DNA of 32,000 nucleotides from Pseudomonas aeruginosa (GTDB lineage: Bacteria > Pseudomonadota > Gammaproteobacteria > Pseudomonadales > Pseudomonadaceae): the NCBI RefSeq assembly GCF_001457615.1, contig NZ_LN831024.1:4080001-4112000 (forward strand), given 5' to 3'. The position numbers and the translations under genes were made by a program. Shown here in pieces: positions 8,804 through 17,929 of this stretch. Under the pieces are notes generated by a model. The model was not told where the DNA came from. It ran no database searches and saw nothing but the letters and a program-made list of their open reading frames with translations. Every line of letters begins with the position of its first letter. Position 1 is the first letter of the stretch.

Positions 8804-9715
8804 ATGGTCAGCCTCGACCGCTTCGAAACCTTTCGCGCCGTGGTCGACTGCGGTTCCCTCAGCGCCGCCGCCGACACCCTCGGCCAGACGCGTGCGGTAG
8901 TCAGCTTCAACCTCAAGCGGCTGGAGGCCGAGCTGGGCGTTTCTCTGCTCAGCCGCAGCACCCGGCGGATGGCCCTGACCGATGCTGGCGAACGCTTCTA
9001 CCAGCGCTGCGTGAAGGTGCTCGACGAGGCGCGCCTGGCCATCGACGACGCCCGCGCCGAGCATGGCGAACTGCGTGGCAGCCTGCGCGTCACCACCACC
9101 CAGGAATACGGCCTGCGCCAACTGGTGCCGGCCCTGCAGGCATTCGCCCGGCTGCACCCGGCGTTGCAGGTACAATTGTCGACCTCATCGCTGCATGCCG
9201 ACCTGATTGGCGAACGCTTCGACGTCGCCATCCGCCTGGGGCGCCTGGAGGACTCCACCCACCATGCGGTGCAACTGGCCAGCTTCGAGGTCCTGGCGGT
9301 GGCCAGCCCGGCCTGCCTGGCGGCGCTCGGCGAACCGCCGCCGACCGACCTGGAGAGTCTGGAGCGCCTGCAGAATCTCGGTCACAGCCGGCTGGCGGAC
9401 TCCCTGCCCTGGCAAGTACGCGCCCCCGACGGCGCCCTGCGCAGCTACCGCGGACCGCGCCATCCCATGCTGCTGGCCGACAACGCCGCGGCCCTGCGCG
9501 CCTTTGCCCTCGACGGCCTGGGTATCGCCGTGCTGCCGGACTGGCTGGTGCAGGCCGACTTGCGCTGCGGCGCGCTGCAACGCCTGCTGGCGGACCACGG
9601 GTTTCCGCTCCAGGGCGTGCATGCCGTTTATCCGCCGACCCGCCACTTGCCGTCGAAGGTCCGCGCGTTCATCGACTTCCTCAAGACTCGCCTGGGGCAC
9701 CCGGACGCCGGTTAG
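8804..9715 (+). CDS. LysR family transcriptional regulator
   Basis: 303 aa MVSLDRFETFRAVVDCGSLSAAADTLGQTRAVVSFNLKRLEAELGVSLLSRSTRRMALTDAG, a LysR HTH. ORF track start 8783 (TTG) lies inside the operator, so ATG 8804 is preferred. Confidence 0.93.
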   Translation: MVSLDRFETFRAVVDCGSLSAAADTLGQTRAVVSFNLKRLEAELGVSLLSRSTRRMALTDAGERFYQRCVKVLDEARLAIDDARAEHGELRGSLRVTTTQEYGLRQLVPALQAFARLHPALQVQLSTSSLHADLIGERFDVAIRLGRLEDSTHHAVQLASFEVLAVASPACLAALGEPPPTDLESLERLQNLGHSRLADSLPWQVRAPDGALRSYRGPRHPMLLADNAAALRAFALDGLGIAVLPDWLVQADLRCGALQRLLADHGFPLQGVHAVYPPTRHLPSKVRAFIDFLKTRLGHPDAG

Positions 9716-9719
9716 AAAA

Positions 9720-9753
9720 CCGAGGCCGCCGCGATTGCCCGCGGCGGCCTCGG
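9720..9753 (-). terminator. Intrinsic terminator of phnX transcript
   Basis: Perfect 14-bp stem CCGAGGCCGCCGCG / CGCGGCGGCCTCGG with 6-nt loop, followed by TTTTC on the minus strand. Confidence 0.85.
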
Positions 9754-9765
9754 CACAGACGTGGC

Positions 9766-10593
9766 TCAGTTACCCTGCGGCATCTCGCCGCGCGCCAGGC
9801 GCGCATTGATGTCGCGGACCACCGCTGGCAGCTCGGCGATGGTCTCGATCAGGTAGTGCGGACGCGAACCTTCGAACATCTGTTCGATACGCGTCCGCTC
9901 GCGCTCCAGTTCGGCCGCCGGCAGCGCCTTGTACTGCTCGTAGGTGAGGCCCAGGGCATTGCCCGAGCAGGTCAGCGCCACCGTCCACATCCCGGCGCGG
10001 CGCCCTTCGAGGATACCCGGCCAGGTGTCGTCGACCTTCACGCAGGCCGCCACATCGTCGATCCCCAGGGCGATCACGTTGGCCAGCGCCTGGGCCGGCC
10101 ATGGCCGGCCGTTGGGCACTTCATCGGTAGCCACCACGTGGTCGGCGACGTAACCGTTGGTCTCGGCCAGGGCTACCACCTTCTCCATCACCACCGCCGG
10201 GTAACCGGAACAGGAACCGATCTTCAGGCCCATCCCGCGGAGTTCGGCGATCGCCTGCAGGGCGCCGGGGATCACCGCCGAATGTTCGGCGATCTTTTCG
10301 ATCTGCAGCGGCATGAAGCGCTCGTAGATGGCGGTGACATCGTCGTCGCTGGGCAGGCGGCCGAAGACGGCGCGGTAGCGCTCGGCGATCGCCGGGATGT
10401 CGCAGAGGGTGCGGATGTGGTCCCACTTGCCCATTCCCATCGGACCGCGCGCTTCCTCCAGGCTGACCTGGACGCCGAATTCGGCGAAGGCCTCGACGAA
10501 GATCTGGGTCGGCGCGAAGGAGCCGAAATCGACCACGGTTCCCGCCCAGTCGAGGATGACGGCCTGGAGGGTGGCTGGCTGGTTGTAATTCAT
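9766..10593 (-). CDS. phnX: Phosphonoacetaldehyde hydrolase (phosphonatase)
   Basis: 275 aa HAD-type N-terminus [15 protein letters not shown] and [14 protein letters not shown]; paired with phnW. Confidence 0.96.
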   Translation of the reverse strand: MNYNQPATLQAVILDWAGTVVDFGSFAPTQIFVEAFAEFGVQVSLEEARGPMGMGKWDHIRTLCDIPAIAERYRAVFGRLPSDDDVTAIYERFMPLQIEKIAEHSAVIPGALQAIAELRGMGLKIGSCSGYPAVVMEKVVALAETNGYVADHVVATDEVPNGRPWPAQALANVIALGIDDVAACVKVDDTWPGILEGRRAGMWTVALTCSGNALGLTYEQYKALPAAELERERTRIEQMFEGSRPHYLIETIAELPAVVRDINARLARGEMPQGN

Positions 10594-10628
10594 TGTCGTG
10601 AACCCTTTTCTGCTCGTTGTCGTTCAGT

Positions 10629-11750
10629 TCAGATCTCGAGGACTTCCAGTTCGCGCAGCGCCTCGCCGATGGCGGCGACCGCCTGCCGCATCTCCGCGGC
10701 GTCGACGTGGCCGATGCAGCCGACGCGGAAGGTTTCCACCTGGGTCAACTTGCCCGGATAGAGGATGAAGCCCTTCTCCCGCACGCGTTGGTAGAAGTCG
10801 GCGAAGCGGTAGCGCGGATCGCGCGGCGCGTGGAAGGTAACGATGATCGGCGCCTGGATTTCCGCCGGCAGGAAGCTGCGGAAACCGAGCCGGGCCATCT
10901 CGCCGAGCAGCGTTTCGCAATTGCTCGCGTAGCGCCGCTGGCGCGCCGGCAGGCCGCCCTCCTCTTCGTACTGGCTGAGCGCTTCGTGCAAGGCGGCGAC
11001 CACATGGGTCGGCGGGGTGAAGCGCCATTGCCCGGTCTTGCGCATGTAGGCGTGCTGGTCCTGCAGGTCCATGGCCAGGGAGTGGCAGTTGCCGGCGCTG
11101 GCTTCCAGGGCGGCGCTGCGGGCGAAGACGAAGCCCATCCCCGGGACGCCCTCCAGGCACTTGCCGGAGGCGGCGATCAGGGCGTCGAACGGGACTGTCC
11201 GGGCATCGATCCCGATCGCCCCGAAGGAACTCATGGCATCGACGATCAGGCGCTTGCCGTGACGCTCGACGACCTTGGCGATGGCCTCCAGCGGATTGAG
11301 GATGCCGGTACTGGTCTCGCAGTGGATCAGCGCCACATGGCTGATCGCCGGATCGGCGGCCAGCAGGCGCTCGACATCAGCGGCGGTGGTCGGCACGTTC
11401 TCTTCGGTCTCGAAGGTGCTGAAGGGCCGTTGCAGGACCTCGCAGATCTTCGCCAGGCGCTTGCCGTAGGCACCGTTGATCAACACCAGGACCTTGCCGT
11501 CGCGCGGCACCAGGGTGCCGATCGCCGCTTCCACGGCGAAGGTGCCGCTGCCCTGCAACGGTACGCAGGTGTGGCTGCCTTCGCCGCCTACGATCTTCAG
11601 CAGGCGCTGGCAGACGCTGGCGGTGAGTTCGTTGAAATCGCTGTCCCAGGAGCCCCAGTCGACCATCATCGCCCGACGGGTACGGTAGGAGGTGGTCAGC
11701 GGACCGGGGGTCAGCAGGATGGGTGCGCGTTCGGCAGTGCTCATGCTCAT
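10629..11750 (-). CDS. phnW: 2-aminoethylphosphonate--pyruvate transaminase
   Basis: 373 aa [39 protein letters not shown]...; class V aminotransferase, DAMSSFGAI. An alternative ATG lies at 11744. Confidence 0.96.
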   Translation of the reverse strand: MSMSTAERAPILLTPGPLTTSYRTRRAMMVDWGSWDSDFNELTASVCQRLLKIVGGEGSHTCVPLQGSGTFAVEAAIGTLVPRDGKVLVLINGAYGKRLAKICEVLQRPFSTFETEENVPTTAADVERLLAADPAISHVALIHCETSTGILNPLEAIAKVVERHGKRLIVDAMSSFGAIGIDARTVPFDALIAASGKCLEGVPGMGFVFARSAALEASAGNCHSLAMDLQDQHAYMRKTGQWRFTPPTHVVAALHEALSQYEEEGGLPARQRRYASNCETLLGEMARLGFRSFLPAEIQAPIIVTFHAPRDPRYRFADFYQRVREKGFILYPGKLTQVETFRVGCIGHVDAAEMRQAVAAIGEALRELEVLEI

Positions 11751-11911
11751 TTCCTCTGCGGGAATCGGCCAAAGAAACCGGATCGGGCTTCGCGGTCCGG
11801 GCGGTCGTTCCGCGCCGGGGTTCCAGGGAAGCCTGGAGACATAAGGTGAGCGCCGCGCTACTATCGTTCAAATTGTTTGTTCCGATGCCAGCCATAAGCC
11901 ACGCCGATACC

Positions 11912-12772
11912 ATGAATCTCTTCCAGCTCCGCGCCTTCGACGCCGTCGCCCGCGAAGGCAGTTTCACCCGCGCCGCCGAGCGCCTGTGCATCAGCCAACC
12001 GGCGGTGACCGGACACGTCAAGGCACTCGAGGAGCACTACCAGGTCACCCTGTTCCGGCGCACCGCCCGGCGCATCGAACTGACCGAGGAGGGCTCGCGC
12101 CTGGTGGCGATCACGCGCACCCTGTTCGCCCTGGAGGAAGAAGCCGAGGCCCTGCTCGACGCCAATCGACAATTGGTCTCCGGCCGCCTCGAAGTCGCCG
12201 CCGACGGCCCGCACCTGGTGATGCCGATGCTCGCCCGGCTGCGCGCGAGCTATCCGGGAATCACCGTCAACCTGCGTCTGGGCAACGCCCAGGAGACCCT
12301 CGCGGCGCTGCTCAGCGAACACGTCGACGTCGCCGTGCTGACCGAGGTCGAGGCGCGTCCCGGGCTGTTCCTGGAGGAGTTGGTGAATTCGCACATCTGC
12401 GCCCTGTTGCCTCGCCAGCATCCCTGGTGCGAACGCAACGAAGGCGTACCGCTGGAAGAGCTCGACCAGCAGATCATGGTGCTGCGCGAACCCGGTTCGA
12501 TCACCCGCCGCACCTTCGACCGCGCCTGTGCCGAGCAGGGCGTGCAGCCGCGGGTGCTGCTGGAGCTGGACAGCCGGGAAGCGGTGACCGAAGCGGTGGC
12601 CGCCGAACTGGGCGTCGGCGTGGTGTCTTCCCTGGAGGTCGGCAACGATCCGCGGGTTCGCGCGGTGCCGCTGGTCGGTCCCGAGCTGACCAACCGCCAC
12701 CTGATCGGCTGCCTGGAGAAGCGCCGCGGCCTACGGGTGATCAGGGCATTCCTGGAACTGGCGGCGGCCTGA
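11912..12772 (+). CDS. LysR family regulator, probably of phnWX
   Basis: MNLFQLRAFDAVAREGSFTRAAERLCISQPAVTGHVKALEEHYQVTLFRRTARRIELT; divergent from phnW. An alternative ATG lies at 11885. Confidence 0.9.
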   Translation: MNLFQLRAFDAVAREGSFTRAAERLCISQPAVTGHVKALEEHYQVTLFRRTARRIELTEEGSRLVAITRTLFALEEEAEALLDANRQLVSGRLEVAADGPHLVMPMLARLRASYPGITVNLRLGNAQETLAALLSEHVDVAVLTEVEARPGLFLEELVNSHICALLPRQHPWCERNEGVPLEELDQQIMVLREPGSITRRTFDRACAEQGVQPRVLLELDSREAVTEAVAAELGVGVVSSLEVGNDPRVRAVPLVGPELTNRHLIGCLEKRRGLRVIRAFLELAAA

Positions 12773-12780
12773 GTCGCGCC

Positions 12781-13305
12781 TCAGCTCCAGTGACGCTCGC
12801 GGGTGCGGCGGTCTTCGCCGAAGCCGAACAGCGAGGCCAGCGAATACACGATCAGCTCGGCGATCCAGGCGACCAGCAAGGCGCAGCCCAGGCCCCAGGC
12901 GATCACCTCGGGCTTGAGCAGGACCTGGTAGCTGTAGCTGGCATAGGTTTCCATCAGCAACTCATGGTTCGGTGCGCGCAGCATGTGCCAGGCGCGGGCG
13001 TACCAGGGACCCTGCATGGCCTGCCACTCAGCGTCGAGCATGCGCGCGCGACGCATCAGGCGGTCGAGGTTCTCGCCGTCGCGCTGGAACACCGGATCGC
13101 TGTTGCTGCGGTAATGCCTGACCAGTTCCTCCAGGCTACCGTTGAAGAACTGCCCGGCGGTCTGCTGGAAGCCCTGGATGTTCTGCGCGGCCTCCAGGCG
13201 ATGGGCGTCGACGCGCTTGGCGTAGTCGTCGATGAAACCGGGCACCTGCACCCCGAGCAGCAGGCCCAGGGTGAACAGCAGCAGTCTCAGGTAACTGCGG
13301 AACAT
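12781..13305 (-). CDS. DUF2937-like inner membrane protein
   Basis: MFRSYLRLLLFTLGLLLGVQVPGFIDDYAKRVDAHRLEA...GFQQTAGQFFNGSLEELV...; N- and C-terminal TM segments. ORF track N-terminus is extended. Confidence 0.72.
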   Translation of the reverse strand: MFRSYLRLLLFTLGLLLGVQVPGFIDDYAKRVDAHRLEAAQNIQGFQQTAGQFFNGSLEELVRHYRSNSDPVFQRDGENLDRLMRRARMLDAEWQAMQGPWYARAWHMLRAPNHELLMETYASYSYQVLLKPEVIAWGLGCALLVAWIAELIVYSLASLFGFGEDRRTRERHWS

Positions 13306-13331
13306 GCGCTCTCCTCGTTCACGGCGGCGAT

Positions 13332-14105
13332 TCAGACCCGCCCCTTGGCCAACACCTCGCCGCCCCACCAGAGGACCCACTCGCCGCTCTGCTGCAAGGT
13401 CCAGTTCTCGTTGTCGGTGAGCGGCTCGGTGGCGATCACCGTGACCACGTCGTCCGGCGTGGTTTCCGCATGGAAGTCCACGGTCAGGTCGGCATCCTTC
13501 AACCGCGCCGGGCCGAACGGCGCGCGGCGGGTAATGTAGGCGAGTTTGCTGGAGCAGAAGGTGAACAGCCAGTCGCCGTCGCTGATCAGGGCATTGAACA
13601 CACCTTTCTTGCGATATTCGTCACAGGCCGAGATCAGCACCGGCAACAGCACCTCCACCGGCACCGGCTCGGGGAAAGCCCGGCGCACGCGGTTCAGCAG
13701 GTCGCAGAAGGCCGCCTCGCTGTCGGTCTCGCCGACCGGGCGGTAGAAACCGGGCTTGGGCTGGAAGTCGGCCAGTTGGCCATTGTGCGCGAAGGTCCAG
13801 TAGCGCCCACCGAGTTCGCGGATGAAGGGGTGGGTGTTGCTCAGCCCGACCTTGCCGACGTTGGCCTGGCGGATGTGCCCGATGACCGTCTCGCTCTTGA
13901 TCGGGAAGCGCTGCACCAGCCGCGCCACCTCCGAATCGACGCTCGCCAGCGGGTCCTGGAACAGCCGCACGCCGCGTCCTTCGTAGAAGGCGATGCCCCA
14001 ACCGTCGCGGTGCGGGCCGGTACCGCCGCCGCGCTGCATCAGTCCGGTGAAGCTGAAGACGATGTCCGTCGGGACGTTGGCGCTCATGCCCAATAGTTCA
14101 CACAT
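13332..14105 (-). CDS. Class II glutamine amidotransferase (YafJ-like)
   Basis: MCELLGMSANVPTDIVFSFTGLMQRGGGTGPHRDGWGIAFYEGRG, N-terminal nucleophile Cys2 and HRDGWG motif. Confidence 0.9.
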   Translation of the reverse strand: MCELLGMSANVPTDIVFSFTGLMQRGGGTGPHRDGWGIAFYEGRGVRLFQDPLASVDSEVARLVQRFPIKSETVIGHIRQANVGKVGLSNTHPFIRELGGRYWTFAHNGQLADFQPKPGFYRPVGETDSEAAFCDLLNRVRRAFPEPVPVEVLLPVLISACDEYRKKGVFNALISDGDWLFTFCSSKLAYITRRAPFGPARLKDADLTVDFHAETTPDDVVTVIATEPLTDNENWTLQQSGEWVLWWGGEVLAKGRV

Positions 14106-14108
14106 GGC

Positions 14109-14570
14109 TCAAACCTCCCTGAGCAAGGCTGTACGTAGTAGTTCTCGTTCCCGCTGCAGACGCGCCTGCAGGCTCGCGCGACCGACCGGCAGGAAACGGG
14201 TCAGGGCGCGCCAGAGCAGTCGCGGCAGGTCGCCGCGACGCCGGGGAATCAGGTGCAGATGCAGGTGCGCCACGTGCTGGTTGGCCGCCACGCCATCGTT
14301 GAGCAACAGGTTGATGCCTTCCACGCCGAAACCGGCCCGGCGCAATGCGCGACCGATACGCTCGGCGAGCGCCAGGAGGGCGTCGCGGGCGGCGGCGGAA
14401 AGATCGCTCAGGTGCGGGGCGTGCTCGCGGGCTACGATCAGCACGTGCGCCGGTCGCAGCGGAAAGATGTCCAGCAGGACGATGAAATGCTCGTCCTCGA
14501 AGAGTCTGTGCGCCGGCTCGCGGCCACCCGCTATGGCGCAGAACACGCAATCCATGGGAAATCCCGACAT
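14109..14570 (-). CDS. HIT family protein
   Basis: CVFCAIAGGREPAHRLFEDEHFIVLLDIFPLRPAHVLIVAREH ... NQHVAHLHLHLIPRR histidine triad. Confidence 0.92.
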   Translation of the reverse strand: MSGFPMDCVFCAIAGGREPAHRLFEDEHFIVLLDIFPLRPAHVLIVAREHAPHLSDLSAAARDALLALAERIGRALRRAGFGVEGINLLLNDGVAANQHVAHLHLHLIPRRRGDLPRLLWRALTRFLPVGRASLQARLQRERELLRTALLREV

Positions 14571-14633
14571 AGGCCTCGCCTCATGCTGAACGCCTGCCGG
14601 GCGTAGCGCAAGAATGGATTTCGTCGCGAAAGG

Positions 14634-15107
14634 CTACAGGCGCGGCTCGATGCGCATGCGCCGGTCGCCGTGCTCGTCGGTGCGGGTGTCGACGTCCGGC
14701 ATCAACTCGGGCTGCATCATCTGCCGCAGGGTCGGCTCGTCCTCGGCGTCCTGCGACGGATGCCGACGATTCTTCCAGGCCCGCTCCAGCGGCCAGCGGA
14801 TGGCGGCGATCAGCAGGTACAGGCCGAAACCGAGCAGCGCCACCAGGGCCAGGTCAGAGACCGCGCGCCAGGCGTTGTTGCCGACCTTGAACACGACATC
14901 CAGCGCGGTGATGGCGATGGCCGGGGCGTAGAGGTCGTTCTGCGGGTCCACCGGAGTCGGCGTGAACAGCAGGATGAAGACGATCAGCCGCAGGGGTTCG
15001 CGCAGCCAGCGCCACATCCAGCCGGTCATCAGCCAGAACACCAGCATCAGGCCGAGTCCGGCGATGGCGTAGGCGCCCCAGGCGATCAGATAGTCTTGTT
15101 CATTCAT
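14634..15107 (-). CDS. Hypothetical inner membrane protein
   Basis: 157 aa with several hydrophobic segments, charged C-terminal tail (RHPSQDAEDEPTLRQMMQPELMPDVD). Confidence 0.75.
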   Translation of the reverse strand: MNEQDYLIAWGAYAIAGLGLMLVFWLMTGWMWRWLREPLRLIVFILLFTPTPVDPQNDLYAPAIAITALDVVFKVGNNAWRAVSDLALVALLGFGLYLLIAAIRWPLERAWKNRRHPSQDAEDEPTLRQMMQPELMPDVDTRTDEHGDRRMRIEPRL

Positions 15108-15255
15108 GCGGCGTGCGTGGCGATAGCGGTGATGGGGGGCTTATGATAGCCGCTTTTGCATGCCGACGCGCCTACCCACCGATGGCGGGCGCCGCGCCGC
15201 CAGTTTTATTCAGATTTCCCGGCCTCGCGCATGGCCGGATCGACGAGGATTCCCG

Positions 15256-17307
15256 ATGCCCCATCCGCAGCCCCCCATCGCCCGCCGCGACGCCGGAAGC
15301 GACCCCTACGCCTGGCTGGAGGAGCGCGACGCCCCGGAGGTGCTCGACTACCTGAAGGCCGAGAACGCCTACCTGGATAGCGAACTGGCCGACCAGGCCG
15401 GGTTGCGCGAGACCCTGTTCGAGGAGATCAGGGGACGCATCCGCGAGACCGACCTGTCGTTGCCCAGTCCGTGGGGTCCGTGGCTGTACTACCAGCGCAC
15501 CACCGCCGGCGACGAATACCCGCGCCACTACCGCTGCCCGCGTCCGGCGGACGGCAGCCTGGCGGTCGACGAAGGCGCCGAGCAACTGTTGCTCGATCCC
15601 AACCAGTTGGCCGACGGCGGCTTCCTCTCCCTCGGCGCCTTCAGCATCAGCCCCGACCAGAGCCTGCTGGCCTACAGCCTGGACACCAGCGGCGACGAGA
15701 TCTACCGCCTGTTCGTCAAGGACCTCGCCAGCGGCGCGGTGCAGGCCCTGCCCTTCGACGACTGCGACGGCAGCCTGACCTGGGCCAACGACAACCGCAC
15801 GCTGTTCTTCGGCGAACTGGACGACACCCACCGCCCGCACAAGCTCTATCGCCACCGCCTGGGCGAGGCCGGCGCCGAGCTGGTGTTCGAGGAAGGCGAC
15901 GGGCGCTTCTTCCTGCACTGCTACCGCTCCAGCTCGGAACGCCAGCTGATCCTCCTGCTCAACAGCAAGACCACCAGCGAGGCCTGGGTGCTCGACGCCG
16001 ACCAGCCGCAGGGAACGTTCCGTTGCCTGGCGCCGCGCGAGGAAGGCCACGAGTACTACCCCGACCACGGTCGCCTCGACGGCCGGGGCCTGTGGCTGAT
16101 CCGCAGCAACCAGGCGGGGATCAACTTCGCCCTCTACCAGGCCGAGGAGTCGCGGCCGACTCGCGAGCACTGGCAACTGCGCGTGGCCCACGACCCGCAG
16201 CGGACCCTGGAAGATGTCAGCCTGAACGCCGAGGCGGTGATCCTCGGCCTGCGCGACGGCGGCCTGCCGGTTATCGAGGTGCAACCGCAGGGCCTGCCGG
16301 CCTACCGCGTGCAGTTGCCGGACGCCGCCTACAGCCTCTACGTGCAGGACAGCCTGGAATTCGACAGCCCCTGCGTGCGACTGCGCTACGAGGCCCTGAA
16401 CCGTCCGGCGCAGGTACGCCAGCTGAACCTCGCCGATGGCACGCAGACCGTCCTCAAGCAGACCCCGGTGGAAGGCCCATTCGACGCCGACGCCTACGCC
16501 AGCCGGCGCATCTGGGCCAGCAGCGGCGACGGCACGCAGGTGCCGGTCAGCCTGGTGGCGCGCAAGGAAGTCCTCGACGGCATCGCCGCCGGGCGCCCCG
16601 CGCCGCTCTATCTCTATGGCTACGGCGCCTACGGGCATAGCCTCGATCCCTGGTTCTCCCACGCCCGCCTGAGCCTGCTCGAACGCGGCTTCGTCTTTGC
16701 CATCGCCCATGTCCGTGGCGGCGGCGAACTGGGCGAAGCCTGGTACCGGGCCGGCAAGCTGGAACACAAGCAGAACAGCTTCGACGACTTCATCGCCTGC
16801 GCCGAGCACCTGCTCGCCGAGGGCTACTGCCGTCCCGAGGGTCTCGCCATCAGCGGCGGCAGCGCCGGCGGGCTGTTGATCGGCGCGGTGCTCAACCAGC
16901 GCCCGCAACTGTTCGGCGCGGCCATCGCCGAGGTGCCTTTCGTCGACGTGCTGAACAGCATGCTCAATCCGGACCTGCCGCTGACCGTCACCGAATACGA
17001 TGAGTGGGGCAACCCGCAGGAGCCCGAGGTGCATGCGCGGATCGCCGCCTACGCGCCCTACGAGAACGTCAGGGCCCAAGACTACCCGCACCTGCTGGTG
17101 GTCGCCGGCTACAACGACAGCCGCGTGCAGTACTGGGAAGCCGCCAAGTGGGTGGCGAAACTGCGGGCGACCAGGACCGACGCCAACCTGCTGCTGCTCA
17201 AGACCGACCTCGGCGCCGGCCACGGCGGCATGAGCGGCCGCTACCAGGGGCTGAAGGACGTGGCGCTGGAATACGCCTTCCTGCTCAAGGTCCTCGGCCT
17301 GGTATGA
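15256..17307 (+). CDS. ptrB: Oligopeptidase B-like S9 family protease
   Basis: 683 aa from ATG 15256 (MPHPQPPIARRDAGSDPYAWLEERD...); catalytic GGSAGG, GxGAYG and GAGHGG motifs. Confidence 0.9.
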   Translation: MPHPQPPIARRDAGSDPYAWLEERDAPEVLDYLKAENAYLDSELADQAGLRETLFEEIRGRIRETDLSLPSPWGPWLYYQRTTAGDEYPRHYRCPRPADGSLAVDEGAEQLLLDPNQLADGGFLSLGAFSISPDQSLLAYSLDTSGDEIYRLFVKDLASGAVQALPFDDCDGSLTWANDNRTLFFGELDDTHRPHKLYRHRLGEAGAELVFEEGDGRFFLHCYRSSSERQLILLLNSKTTSEAWVLDADQPQGTFRCLAPREEGHEYYPDHGRLDGRGLWLIRSNQAGINFALYQAEESRPTREHWQLRVAHDPQRTLEDVSLNAEAVILGLRDGGLPVIEVQPQGLPAYRVQLPDAAYSLYVQDSLEFDSPCVRLRYEALNRPAQVRQLNLADGTQTVLKQTPVEGPFDADAYASRRIWASSGDGTQVPVSLVARKEVLDGIAAGRPAPLYLYGYGAYGHSLDPWFSHARLSLLERGFVFAIAHVRGGGELGEAWYRAGKLEHKQNSFDDFIACAEHLLAEGYCRPEGLAISGGSAGGLLIGAVLNQRPQLFGAAIAEVPFVDVLNSMLNPDLPLTVTEYDEWGNPQEPEVHARIAAYAPYENVRAQDYPHLLVVAGYNDSRVQYWEAAKWVAKLRATRTDANLLLLKTDLGAGHGGMSGRYQGLKDVALEYAFLLKVLGLV

Positions 17308-17317
17308 CCACCGCGGG

Positions 17318-17334
17318 GGCCGGCGACGCCGGCC
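17318..17334 (+). terminator. Hairpin GGCCGGC-GAC-GCCGGCC between ptrB and signal peptidase gene (weak terminator or attenuator)
   Basis: Perfect 7-bp stem just after the ptrB stop; no strong T-tract. Confidence 0.35.
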
Positions 17335-17359
17335 TTCCGCCACGAAAAAGGGAACCTTC

Positions 17360-17923
17360 GTGAAACGACGCTTCTGGCCCGCCATGGGCCTGCTCGCCGC
17401 GATCATGCTGGCCGTCTACCTGGCGAATCCGTTCGGCACCGCCAGTCTCGACCCGCGCGCACGGCTCCTCGGCGTGGCGCTGTACAAGATCCCTTCGCGC
17501 TCGATGGAACCGACCTTGCAACAGGGCGACTTCATCCTCGCCAACGCCGCGCGCTACGCCTTCGCCGACCCGCAGGTCGGCGACCTGGTGGTGTTCCGCT
17601 TCCCGCCGCAGCGCAGCATCGCCTATGTGAAGCGCATCGCCGGGATACCCGGCGATCGCGTGCGGATCGATGGCGGCCGGCTCTACGTCAATGAGCGCCC
17701 GGTGACGGAGCCCTACCTGGCGCAACAGGCGCTGCGCCAGCCGGACTCCCTGCGCATGGCCGAGCGGACCGTCCCCGCCGGCCAATACTTCATGCTCGGC
17801 GACAACCGCGACAACTCCAACGACAGCCGCTACTGGGGCTACGTACCGCGCGCCGACCTGGTCGGCCGGGTGTTCGCCGTCTGGTATGCCGAGGACACCC
17901 GGCGCATCGGTTCGGTGCGCTGA
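17360..17923 (+). CDS. Type I signal peptidase (S26), short paralogue
   Basis: 187 aa; single N-terminal TM, PSRSMEPTLQQGDFILAN (Ser), VKRIAGIPGDRV (Lys), MLGDNRDNSNDSRYWGYV. Confidence 0.93.
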   Translation: MKRRFWPAMGLLAAIMLAVYLANPFGTASLDPRARLLGVALYKIPSRSMEPTLQQGDFILANAARYAFADPQVGDLVVFRFPPQRSIAYVKRIAGIPGDRVRIDGGRLYVNERPVTEPYLAQQALRQPDSLRMAERTVPAGQYFMLGDNRDNSNDSRYWGYVPRADLVGRVFAVWYAEDTRRIGSVR

Positions 17924-17929
17924 CGCCCC

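Noticed and set aside
11822-11837. TCCAGG-GAAG-CCTGGA hairpin upstream of phnW
   Set aside because: Only 6-bp arms in very GC-rich DNA; not distinctive enough to claim function.
15172-17406. 744-aa minus-strand ORF opposite the S9 oligopeptidase
   Set aside because: Antisense shadow ORF; the plus strand has catalytic motifs GGSAGG and GAGHGG.
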